From Vicugna vicugna (lineage: Eukaryota): a stretch of 64,000 nucleotides of DNA. Below the pieces are notes generated by a model, which was not told where the DNA came from, searched no databases, and saw only the letters and a list, made by a program, of their open reading frames with translations. Below are positions 25,005 to 37,500 of this stretch, one piece after another. How positions within the stretch are numbered: position 1 is the stretch's first letter; every line of letters begins with the position of its first letter. Made by a program: the position numbers and the translations under genes. The stretch lies in the NCBI GenBank assembly GCA_013265495.1, contig MU058781.1, forward strand, positions 2,830,158-2,894,157. Reading direction: 5' to 3'.

Positions 25005-27482
25005 AAAACAGAAGACTAAAGACATTTAGAGGCAGAAAAACAGTGACACAAACTTCTGTAGTTAAAACTTTCATAAGGGTTGTGAGGAAGGTGGAAAGTT
25101 TGGATAAAAATGGGTAGTGCAACATTTTCACACTCAAGTCTCCACTACTGAGTTTTGCACAATCATAGTCAATGTACTTAATCATTCTGAACCTTAATTT
25201 ACTCATCTCTAAAATGGGCTGTAAGGTCCCCGAGGTAGCCACTGGAATTTCCCATCTTTTCAAACTATGAATCTAGCCCCCAGGGAAAAAAATATTTTTC
25301 TAATGAATGAACCAGTGATTCTAGAAACAGAAGGAAAAGGAGTCACCCCTCCTTAAGGAGCTTAGAGCTATTTGGAGGGAGATACAGTGTATACACATGG
25401 AAATATAACCAGGAGGTGGGTGAGTGCTGAGCACTTAAATGAGCGCCAAAGCTCTCAAAAGGAGACCTTTGAATCTGGGATGGTCATGGAAGGTTTCAAG
25501 GAAGAAGTGGAACTGAAAGTTGAGTGGAGACTGAGTATGAAAAAAAATAAAAGAAAGAGACGGGTCCCAAATAAAAGCAAAGAGGTAGAAAATGCAATGT
25601 ATGTTTTAGAGACATTAAGAGAAATAGCCTGCAAAAGTAGAGCCCTCTGCACACTGAAGAGAACACCTTTAGGTGCCGTGTTACAGGTTAAATTTTTATG
25701 AAACAGAGCCTTAGAAAACAACAAGGTAATCTGACTAGTTGCTGGAGGCAGAAGGAACTTGTCCAACTATTAAAATCAATCAGGGCTATTATGAATTCTA
25801 TAGCAACGAGTGAATGTTTCATCCAATAGAAAATGTTTCTTTCTAATCCTTCTGACCTAGATAATGAAACCTCAACATTCTGTTCCACCTCATTGACACT
25901 TGGGGTTATCTGGACAGGGACCACACTGTAGTTACCTTTGCTTCATCTTAGAAGAAAATATCTGCCAAAGGAGTAAACAGAATAAACAAGACTCCAAAAG
26001 GAACACTTCCAGAGCTTTAAAATACCACTTCCATTCTAACTAGTATCCTAATTCTGAATCCTTTTAATCTTTCCATCAAAATAAAAACCCGGAGGATTGC
26101 CGTTTGGCATTGCCCTTAGATCTAGTTAATCCATCCTATATGTCTTTGAAAGCACTGACTATATTTTACAATTTAAGTTTTTAGTTCAGATTGACCTTTA
26201 CTACAGTTATCCAAATGATTATATTTTACTGTACTGTCCTTTCCTATGGATTAAGTCAACAGATACTTAGCAAACTTCTACCATATGCTGAATTAGCTTT
26301 AAGGAAGAAATAACCCTAAAATAATTGATGATATTGCATAATGTACATATTTTTATGAAAGCTATCAAGGGCTGCAAAATCCTGGCAGTTGATAAGCATT
26401 TTACTCAAATTGATGTAAGAAATGGTAGAGAGGTTTAGACTTTGAAGATGATGAAAGAGATCAATTTGTAGACTTATTGTGGATGGTGTTACGTGGAGAA
26501 GCTCTCTTAATCATTAGCATCTTTACCAATGAGGGGTGGGGAGACAGAGTGAGGATAAAACTCTATTAACATTTTTCTTCTTATCAGTCACTTGTACTAG
26601 ACCTTCGTGAGTGTGGCTGTTGAAGGAAGCTTTGTTGGAAAGAGCATAGAGATCACAGAGGGAAGTAAGCACTGAGAGAAAGGCAGAGAGAGAGCAGCTC
26701 ATAATCTAGAGCTTGGATTTACTCTTATAAGTAATGGGGAGCCACTGGTATCCTTGGAGTAAAGGGTCTAATAAGACATGAATTACATTTGGTAAAAATG
26801 ATTTTAGTAGCTATGTTCAGAATGCATTTCAAAAAAAGAAAAGAAGTAAGAAGGCAGATTGGGTGAGATTTTGATCTTCTGAGGGAGAGCTGATTTTAAA
26901 CTATTGTTTATAGCAATAATAGTGATGAGGAAGAAGGTGATGCCTGAAGATTTTGGCATAAAGACCAAATGAAACAGTGAAACATGGAGAGAAGTAAAAT
27001 AAGGAGACAGGTGACTCTAAAACCTGGAAGACTTGCAACTAAGAGGGATCTATAGGACAAGCTGTTTCAAAGGTCATTTAGGAGAATATCAAGGAGAGGG
27101 TTAAGAAAAACAATCAGCTAGTTTCCTACAGTGGTTGCATAAGTTTACATGTGCCCAGGGCACGTGAATAAATTAATGAGAGCCGAAAGCTCCTCAACTA
27201 CTGACAAAGATGCTAATGAGCAACAGAAACACAGCTGTTTCATGAAACAGCATCCAAATAGCTATGGCTTTCTCTCTCACGGTCTTCAAAATTCGAATCT
27301 CTCTACCATTTCTCACCTTACCTTGAGTAAAACTGTACTCTCCCCTTGAATGCAAGAGGGTTCACACTACTCAAGATGCATTGTGAGCTCATGTCACTAG
27401 ATTAGAACCAAGAGCTATTTTTAAAAGTTAAAAAAAAAAAAAAGAAATACATGCTGAAAGAGGAAAATACGACTTGGGAGGA

Positions 27483-28463
27483 TAGATGACTCTTGAACAA
27501 CGCAGGGGTTAGGGGGTGCCGACTCCCCACACAGTTGAAAATTCTCATGTAACTTGACTCTTTGAAAACTTTACTACTAATAGTCCATTGTTGACCACAA
27601 GTTTAACCAATAATATAAACAGCTGATTAACACATATTTTGTATATGTATTATATTACTGGATTCTTACAATAAAGTAAACAAGAGAAAAGAAAATGTTA
27701 TAAAGACAACCATAAAGAAGAGAAAATGCATTTATAGTTTTGTACTATACTTATCAATACCTTAAGTTTACATCATCTGTTTACAAGATGAATTGTCTGT
27801 GAGTACCTATTATCAATAGCCTTATATTATACAAAACACTGTAGCCAATACATGTATTACTAATATTAGACATTGAAAATAAAAAGATAATGTGAAAAAT
27901 AAATTCACATTTATTTACAAGTATAATGATTCACCTGTTGATAATGAGGAAGCAGCAGTGTGATTGCTTTATGGTAGCCTAGTGTAACTGATACAATTGT
28001 TTCATGGTAGCCTAGCCTACACACTAATGAATGAATACTTATAAATTTTTTATGGCATACAGTATTATAGTCATATCCAAAATACAATTTTGGAAATATT
28101 GTTACTTTTTAAACCACTTTGTGATGACAGGCTGATAGGCAGTCAATTATCAGAGAGAGAGACATATTGTATGGTAATACAATTCTTTGAAAGCAAAGTT
28201 ATAAAAAAGTAACATTAATTTTATATTAAATATCACTCAACTTATACCTATGTAAGGATAGATGTTTCTAGTATATGTATTTTAGGTATTCATGACATAC
28301 CTAACTTTATCTCAATTTTTGATACTTCTAGGCTACGTGGTTCATCTGTGTTTTTTCAAGTTGTCACAAATTTCCAAAAAATGTTCCAATATAGTCATTG
28401 AAAAAAAATCCACATATAAGTGGATCCATACAATTCGAACCCTTGTTGCTCAAGGGTCAGCTG
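27483..28463 (-). mobile_element. Tigger2-family (TcMar-pogo) non-autonomous DNA transposon, ~980 bp
   Basis: Terminal inverted repeats TAGATGACTCTTGAACAAC (left) and GTTGCTCAAGGGTCAGCTG (right). The minus strand start CAGCTGACCCTTGAGCAACAAGGGTTCGAATTG...TCCACTTATATGTGGATTTTTT matches the Tigger2 5' end as recalled. The TA target duplication is mutated on both sides. Confidence 0.85.
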
Positions 28464-29756
28464 TGTATTTCCTCAACATTTCAGAGCCAGGTAAGAATGA
28501 TGAAAATTCCTCTTCTCTCCAAGGGTTAAGTTTCACTGGCAGACAGTCTATGGGTAGAAAGAGAAAGGGGACCAAACTAGATCCAGAAGACCTGGGTTAC
28601 CTTCTAAGCTTTGTCATTTCTTAGGACTAAGATCCCAGAAAAGCTACACAGACGTCTGAACAACACTTTCCACCTCTAAAATGAGAGACTACTGGTGAGG
28701 CTTACGGGAAATTGTTTCCTCTGGTCTCAGCACTAAATGACAGATGTTGCCACTGTTCCTGCTTTTGTTGTTGTTATGTCACTACCCTGTTGTAAACATG
28801 GGCTATGTGGCTTTTCTTACCTCTCTCCTGCGCTGAGGTGGGAGGTTCTGGAGTGTCAGGCTCATCTTAGCTTTGACCTATTCTCACTTCATGTCAATTT
28901 ATTTTTGTGGAAGATTGAGAAAGGAGCAGATTTATTTTGGAGAAAGTGCCCCAAAAACTATAAAACGCTTTAAGTGACAGGAGTCTTCTGATAAGACCAT
29001 CATGTCGGGGCTGTAGCTGTAAGAGCCATGGATGGTGGTGCACTCGGACAGCAGCAGCACCGCACTTGGTTGTTATTTAATCCACAGAACTTCATGCTAA
29101 TCAATCACGACAGATTGGAATAAAAACATATTCAGGCTTCCCATGTGTTTTACAGATTTGGACTGAAATCAGGAAGCTTCTTCCTCAGATTAGGGAGTCC
29201 CACGTAGGTTCTTGGGCTCTTTTTCTTAAAGCAATAGTTCAACTTTCCACTTTGGTCATCGAGCCATATGTCACCCATGGACACTAGCTCTCCTTTCAGA
29301 TAAGTAGTCTACAGGCTGACATTTTTGGCAGAAATCCCCATTCTGGGTAATAGGTCTGGTATCTGCAGGAATCCTATCTCAGCTCTTGTTTGCTGACCTC
29401 ACCCTTCTGTGGCTAAATCTATACTCATAGCTGAAGTGTGGGCTGCTTGGAGAGAAGTGATGGGTGCATTTCTGGTTGCCTCTGGGACTTTGGGACCTTT
29501 GACAAACCACAGAAACTCTCTGTGCCTTGAAGACAAGTTCTTCCCCACTACCTCCCTCTGACAGATGCTGTCAGAATTAGAAAACCCTGGAAGATCTTCA
29601 AAACACAGACTTTAAATTATAATTAATAATGGTAATTAACTTTCATCACAGGTGAGTCAGTTAAATATTAGAAATTCAGTGATAATTTATTCAAAGTTGC
29701 CCCTTAACATTTCTTCACTTCCTCAGTCTCACTCATCATAAAAGGTAAGTTACAGC

Positions 29757-30147
29757 TTATTTTTTATTATTTAAAATTTTTTCCAGCTGTATCAAAGTAT
29801 CGTTGACAAACAAAAGTTATGCATACTTAAGGTGGACAATGTGCTGTTTTGTTACATGTATACATTGTGAAATGATACTTACAATTAAGCTAATTAACAC
29901 ATTCATCACCTCACATAGTTACCATCTGTTTGTGTATATGTGTGTGTATGTCTGTGGTGAGAACATTTAAGATCTCTTAGCACATTTCAAGTACACAGTA
30001 TAGTATAGTTACCTACAGTCACCATGCCCTACAATAGGTCTCCAGAACTTATTCATCTGGAATAACTGAAAACTTTTTTTTAATGTACCTTTTGTCCAAA
30101 ATATCCCCATTTCCCCCACTCTCCAGCCCTTGGCTGCCAACATCCTA
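29757..30147 (-). mobile_element. L1 (L1MA-like) 3' UTR fragment
   Basis: T-rich start, then TATACATTGTGAAATGAT...CATCACCTCACATAGTTACC...TCTCCAGAACTTATTCATC. Confidence 0.88.
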
Positions 30148-32139
30148 GGCTACAATTTAAAGAAATACTCATAGCTTTTGAAGAGAACAGAGCAGAGAGA
30201 ACTTTCCCCATCCTATACTTCATGCATTTGAATCACTGGTATTTGCAAAGAGATTTTTTTCCTTAAACCAGGAAGAAAAAAAGGGGTAAATATTTTCCAA
30301 AGTAATCTGTAATTCTGTATCTATAATCATGTCAATACTGATATTTTTGCTTTTAAATTCCTGCAGTATTCAATGGGGCAGTTTATCTCTGTGGAATGTT
30401 TCCTTCTTCCTCTGTCCAATAACAAAAGGATGGGAAGTTCAAACATTTATACTTTTTTCTTTGAAGCAATTGCAAATTGCAAAAGCAATTTCGTCAGCTA
30501 CAACTTTGAGTATTTTTATTTCCTCCCAATAAAGTTTTAGGTCTGTGCTTGTAAACAAGATATATAACTGTCAATAACTGTTTTTTCAGCACATAGAACC
30601 AATGTTAGTTTATTAAACACAACAAGCTGTTCTCCTGGTCTTCTCCCCCCACGACATGTTGCCCAATTATTTCACATTCTTGTAGTGTAAAATACACACA
30701 TGAAATCTATTGAGATACTGCTGTGGTTATTTATTTTTCAAATTTAATAAGTAGGAGGGGGATGAACTTTCCTCCTAGAACAGAAAAGAAAATTAGACCT
30801 GACAGTGATATATGATCAATTTTTACAAGTATGAAAATATTCCATAAAGCAAGCAGTTCTTTGTGCACTCAGGTGACTGTCTATGCTGGTCAGTGAAATT
30901 ATAAAACCCAAATCCTTTCAAGCTAGTTCTGAGTTAATTTTCCATTTACTTGCAGACTTTCATTTACTCTGGCAAGTTTGATAACCATGCATACCTATGT
31001 CAGCTTTCTTCCTCATCAGATTCCACTACATTTCCCAAGCCAAAAGGAGCATCTGACTGTCTTGATGAAGGTAAAAAGAGCATGGGGACTCTGAAAACAG
31101 GTTTAGCTAAGAAACACGCCATGGCAAATTTGCTTCATGAAAATGAGCCAAATAAGCTTATCTTCCTGTATTTCCATTTCTTTTACAGTTAAAGGCAACA
31201 CAAACAGATTCCCTTACCTGGCAGTGGTATAACCATAAAAATGCATGATTAAATCTAAAGAAAACTACATCTACCGATACATACCAACACCGCCCCTGCC
31301 CCCACTCCCCAAAACCCATCGGCAGTGCTGGAAGAAACGTAATGCTTTTAGAGTCTTTCATTCGTCTCTCATTGCCATCTTGGAGGTGGTTTAAGTGGAT
31401 GTATCCCATAGCCAGGGGTATAATTCTGACATGTGCAGAGCAGTCAGGGGCAACAACATTTGAAGAATCAGAGCATAACATGATTGAGAATTGAAGAAAA
31501 ATATTTCTAGACCTTGTACAGACATTGTAAATTCTGTGGCAAAGGGAGAAACCAAGAAAGCAAGGACACACATCCATGCATCACTCCTCTGCGAGCGTAA
31601 GAAACAGAGATACTTCTTTATATCAGTCCTCAATAATACTCCCTAATTTTCGTCTTTACAGCTGTCTCAGCTTGAATTATAGTTTTGTTTTGTTTTTAAA
31701 GGAGATGTATGTTGGGAAGAGGAATGGTTACTGATTCTCTGATTTGTAACAAATGCAACACAGGGAGAATTCTGACCAAGAAAACAGTGACTTGATTCAC
31801 TGTCTTCCCCTCTCCGGGTGGTGGTTCCATGTTGAGAAGATGCAACCCTGTCATCACACTCTCTTTTTCAGGACGTTTAGCAGAAAGCAAGGTGCTCATG
31901 AAAATAGGTTTGGGAAAAAGGAACTGGTTTGGAAAAAAAAGATTGGTAAAAGAGGTAAGTGTGAGATACTGTCCACAGTGTTGAAGTTGAAGCCTGTGAA
32001 ACAAAGATATGGATGTACTAAAGTCAGACTTTCAATATGAAGGTTTGGACTTTCAGGATCTCTGTGTTAGATTTCAGTACTGGTCCTATTTACCAAAGAT
32101 GCAATCCAGGTGAAAGGGAGCCCTGGGAGATCCATTAAA

Positions 32140-33199
32140 AAATGTACCTGAGGCTAAAAAGCTTCTGCACAGTGAAAGAAACCATCATCAAAACAAAAAT
32201 GAAACCTACAGAATGGAAAAAGATATTTGTAAATGATGTATTTGATAAGGAGTTAATATCCAAAATATGTAAAGAACTTATACAATCCAAACACAAGAGA
32301 AAAACAACCAACCTGATTAAAAAGTAGGCAGAGAATGTGAATGGACATCTTTCCAAAGAAGACATACAGATGACCAACAGGCACATGGAAAGATGTCAAC
32401 ACCACTAATTATTAGTGAAACGCAAATCAAAACCACAATGAGGTAACACCTCCTACTTGTTAGAATGGCTTTTATCAAAAAGACAAGCTATATAGCAAGT
32501 GCTGGAGAGTATGTGGAGGAAAGGAATCCCTAATACACTGTTGGTAGGACTGTAAATTGGTAGAGCCATTATGGAAAACAGTATGGAGTTGCCTCAAAAA
32601 ATTAGGAATGTAAATACCATATGACCCAGCTACTCTACTTCCGAGAATTTATCCAAAGAACATGGAAGCACTAATCTGAAAAAGTACAATCATGCCTAGG
32701 TTCACTGCAACATTATTAACAATGGCCAAGATACGGAAGCAACCAAAACATTCATCAATGGATGAATGGATAAAGATGTGATATATATATATATATATAT
32801 ATATCACACATATATATATATATCTGATATATATATATATATATGTGTGATATATATATATATATACACACACACAATTGTGTGTGTGTGTGTATATAAA
32901 AAATTATGAAATCCTGCAGTTTGCAACAACATGAATGGATCTTGAACGTAAGACAAAGACATACACCATATGATTTCACTCATGTGTGGGACCTAAAAAA
33001 AGAAACAAACAAATAATATAAAATAAATCCCTAGCTACAGAGAACAGATTAATGGTTACCAGAGGGGACAAGGGCTGAAAGGTGAGTGAAATGGGTGAAG
33101 GGAGTCAACTGTACAGTATGGATGGTAACTAGACTTGTGGTAGTGATCACTTTTTAGATGTCAAATTATAATGCTACACAACTGAAATATATACATATA

Positions 33200-33235
<36 letters not shown>
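32140..33235 (+). mobile_element. 5'-truncated L1 with ORF2 C-terminal remnant, 3' UTR and (TA)n expansions
   Basis: The ORF 32142-32327 LKSFCTVKETIIKTKMKPTEWKKIFVN...DKELISKICKEL is clear L1 ORF2 homology, followed by stops and frameshifts. Confidence 0.93.
32777..32897. repeat. Compound (AT)n/(CA)n/(TG)n microsatellite
   Basis: Directly visible inside the L1. Confidence 0.95.
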
Positions 33236-33240
<5 letters not shown>

Positions 33241-34509
33241 AATTACTATTATTTCCAATTTATTACTATTATGGAAATATTTGTTAGACATTATTAGCAG
33301 CAGCGGGATTCCTCTTCTCATCATCACCTTGTTAGCAGGCCCCTATATAATTTCATATACAAGTGAAGATTTTCTTGTATGAATGAGTAGAAGGCTAGTT
33401 TCTCCTTGGGAAGACATTTACACATTTTATTATAAAGTTTAGTTTTGATTGTGTGTTTGTGTTTGCACTTTAGCTTTCAGGATTGCAGTTGCTATCTTTT
33501 CCAAGTAAAGTTTTTCTCATTGTGAAAACAGCCTGATATCCTTTTTAAAGAATTACAGTAAACAAACCCCTGTCAGTTGCTACCAGGAGTAAACAATTTT
33601 CCTTCTCCTTCTTAGTCATTTCATCTGTCAGTCATTGAAAATTACCATACATTAGAGGTTGACACCAAGACAAAATACCCTAATGTTAGGCCATGTGGTT
33701 CACCTTTTCCTTCAGGGTTGTTTTGTTTTGTTTTTGGTTTTGTTTTCACTTTTGATCTTGGATAAAGCATTTGAGAAATTCTTGACGTGAGAATCGATTT
33801 TACTGTGGTTAAGACTTACTCCTTCTGGAGATGGAAGAGCAAATAAAGATTCACCAGAACCTTTCAGTCAGGCAGCAATAATATTTGTTCCAAGTCTCAA
33901 GCAACCAAGGCATCTGCACTCTGGAGCCATCCTGCCTGTTTACTGAAAGACAATTGTCAGCAGAAAAACAAGTGTGCCAACTTTGAATTCTGTTGGAAAA
34001 GGGTCTTTTCTCAGATGATGGCTCCTTGGCCTTCTGAGGAAAATCTCCAGTGAGCTGGCTAGGCACATTCCAGTATGGGATTTGGCACTTAGCAGAGAGC
34101 GAACAGCATTCCTGTCAGTCCACAGTGAAATATAAATAATTCCAGGGAGAGCAGAAGAAAAAGTAACAGTTCCTTTCTAGTCTTTGTCATGGGTTTTGTA
34201 CGCAGCCAACTTTCTAACAGGTCCTCCAAGATACTGGCCTCATCAGGCTTTCTGTTACGGTTAAACCAGACACCAGTGAAGACAGAAGGGGTCCTGAGAG
34301 AGAGAGACCTGTTTCTCTCCACTCTGATTCCCAGTCTCTTTCCTGATGAGATTCCAAGAAGACAAGTGTGCTAAAGATGCAGATGAAAGAAGCTGGTTGA
34401 GAATGTTCCTTGAGATTCTAAAGATCTCAGACAAACTTTCCCAAGGCAAGAGATCTCTCAGAGGGAAGTCCCAGCCTTCGTATCAAGAACTCTCTGAGAC
34501 TTTTGGTAA

Positions 34510-34870
34510 TATGGGTTAGAAAACTAATTCAATCCAGTTTAATAAAAGAAAGAAAAGAAAAAGGAAAAGAAAAAGAAAAAGAAAAAGAATTTCTTAGAAG
34601 TCTAGATATGACTGAATCCTGTCCTCAGCAGTGAACATCCCTGGTCTACTCTTAAATTCACAATCTGGTCCCAGCAACTCTTGAGTCTACATGGATCTGT
34701 GATCTCATTTCAAAGAAAGAGGTACCATCTTCTCCAGTAGCTCTGGCAAGGGTCAAGAGAGGGCTCTGACTAGCTTGGATGGGATCACATGACGATCCCT
34801 AAATTAATCTTTGTGGCCAGCAAAATTGATTCTGAATAGTCAGGTTAGAGTCAAGTGTCCATCCATGCCT
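34510..34870. mobile_element. Old MaLR LTR fragment (MLT1J/K/L-like)
   Basis: GAGGGCTCTGACTAGCTTGGATGGGATCACATGAC...CTTTGTGGCCAG...TCAAGTGTCCATCC. Confidence 0.5.
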
Positions 34871-36279
34871 AAAGCTCTTGGGTAGTTGGACAAAGACAGG
34901 GACATGGGGATCACCTGGAATTTCTAAGCTGATTAACTTAGCCTTGGAGAGAGTGAGCTCAGCAAGTGTGGCATTGCCCCTATTTCTCTAGGAACACAGC
35001 AGTACCCAGGATCTGGGAAACCTTTGGTGAAAATATCAGCAATTGAAACAAATGAAATATCCTTGTGACATTAGTAATTAGACTTTCATACCTTTTACAA
35101 CAAAAACAAACCTTGGAGCACAGGCATTACTGGAAGTTCATGAAATGAACCCTCTTTTTTGGGTCAGTGTTTACTACAATCCTGATTGTTTCAGAAAGAA
35201 AACTTTATGAAAGGAAATCAAGAGCATTTCTCCAACTCCACGAGTACTGCAATAACAGGAAACAAAACTCCTATTTCTGTAGTTTGCCAGATAAGAACTG
35301 AATAGTAGATTTTTTTTTTGAAAGCATGTGGCCCATACTGTTAAAGACATATAAATTACTGTCTACTGCATGGTCTTGGCCGGGTGACTTACATTGTAGC
35401 TTCTATTTCTGGTGGGGGAGGCACATAGATTTGTCATTGCTCCAGAAAATAGTGAAAAATGACAAGTTGGCAGAAGAGAACTTATTGCTAAGAGTGCAGC
35501 CATTTCAGCCTTGGTCATTTGTTGGAGCCATTCTGCCCCAAGAACATTCTAGAAAATGAGTTTGAACCAAGGCAAGGGCCAACTTACAAGCAAGTTGGAG
35601 GTCACTTCCAATGGACTCCTAAGATACCACAGTTCAGATATTCTCTAAGACTAGAAGAAATAAGAGCCCTCAGTAGCCTTATATGGGATCTTTCCTTTGA
35701 ATGTACAAGAAGATGTCTTACTCAGTTAGTCCAGGGTATATTTACTTATTGCATATTTTATAATCCAAGTACAAGAGCTAGCTAGCCTATTACAATATAA
35801 TTCCTCCAACTTTTCTCAAGTTATGTAACATCAGAGCTAGGGAGTATTATGTTTCATTTTAAAGTTTATCTTCTTTAGTAGCTTTGAAAAAGATAGGAAA
35901 GTGAAATCAGAAAGCCAGTGGGTCATTTTAAGACACAAAACTCTCAAAACACATCTCCTAAGTATATATTGGTATTGAAATATGTACATTGAGGGATTCT
36001 TTAGGTTATAATGTGAAGGTTCTTTTCTGGTCATGGTTTTCAGCCTTTTAATCATGGTAACTGATCATACGTTTCTTTGTTTGCTAAGACATCAATGATG
36101 TCATCCATTGTTGACAAGACACAGAAAAGGATTTTTAATACGTGGTTATGTCAACAATTGTGAAATGTTTTTGAGGCCAAGTAACTGAGGGTGAGATTAG
36201 TACCTTTGTTGAATGTATTATTGTTAAAACCATTAAGGAGCTGCAAAGATGCAAAATAATGCCTGAAAATCTCCAAACT

Positions 36280-36685
36280 CAGACTCAGACTCAATCACTG
36301 CTAACATTTAGCTGTATTTGGCCGTGCATTTTATGCTTTACCCATACTAGATTACATTTTGCATCCTGCTTTTATTTCTCTTCATTTTATCTTATAAACA
36401 GGTTCCCATGCTACTAAAATTCTATTCAAAAATCATTTTTATAAATGGATCATTTTATATGAATATACCGTAATTGACATATCAAGGTCATTTCAGTGCT
36501 TTTATTATAAATAATTCTGGGCAAAAACATCCTTGCAAATGTACTTCTTACTTATGATTTCCTCAAGATCCTTAGGAATGAAATTACAAGGTCAAAGATA
36601 CAAATTTTTTGAGAACTCTTGATACATACTGCCCAATTGTTTGATAGAAAGGTTGTACCACTTTATACCCCAACAGAAGTTTATG
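36280..36685 (-). mobile_element. Old L1ME-like fragment
   Basis: CTTAGGAATGAAATTACAAGGTCAAAGATA...GATACATACTGCCCAATTG...AAAGGTTGTACCACTTTATAC. Confidence 0.65.
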
Positions 36686-37349
36686 AAGGTAAGTCAGGGA
36701 ATGTATTTGGTTTTCTTTAATTTGAAGATGGTCCTATGAAAATTTATACTATGGTAAACAGAGCATGTGTTAAAGGCAAGATATTGGAATATTTTTGTTT
36801 AAGATAAAATGGAGGAAGACATCTTTAAATTACTACTAAATGCTAGGAGTTTAAAACTATATTCACATTTATAGCCAGGGTAACATCACAGGCAATTTTT
36901 AAAAGTTCATTCTTTAAGAATAAGAATAATCCTTTATGTTTCCTGCTTGCTTAACAGTTTGCATATACTTTCCTAAATGATCTCTTATTAATCATGAAGT
37001 TTAGAAAATTCTAAAGTAATTTGAGTGTACCAGAAACCCTCAAATGTAATCACATAAAAAATACAAAATTGTTTTGCATTTAGAATGAAGCAAGTCTTGA
37101 TAATGCTGTGTAATCCATACCTCCATTGGAGATTCATGTTATTGTGTCAACATATCAAGAAGGTCTGCAATAAAGAAACCTGTTCAACTTTAATTTGACT
37201 TTAATGTTTCATTTGAGTTTAATCAAACATTATACAAAAGATGCTTTTCTTGTATTACATTAACACATAGTGTTAATATGTATGACTTGTTCCATACAAC
37301 ATAAAGATGGTGATTCCTATAAATGCTCCTTAATAGATAAAGAATACAT

Positions 37350-37500
37350 GATTTTCTCCATTTAACAGAGGAGGAGGCTGAGGCTCAGAGAAATTCAGTG
37401 ACTAAGGCAGGGTCACACAGAGAATAAACAGAAATGCAGATATCCTAACCCTAGTCAACTCTAGTCAATCAGGAGGCTAATTTTCTCACTACCTCACTTC
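37350..37500 (-). mobile_element. MIR SINE fragment
   Basis: CCATTTAACAGAGGAGGAGGCTGAGGCTCAGAGAAATTCAGTGACT...GGTCACACAG. Confidence 0.8.

Noticed and set aside
32142..32327. ORF with clear L1 ORF2 similarity (likewise 11833-12033 and 52213-52410)
   Set aside because: Truncated, stop-interrupted retrotransposon remnants, not functional genes.
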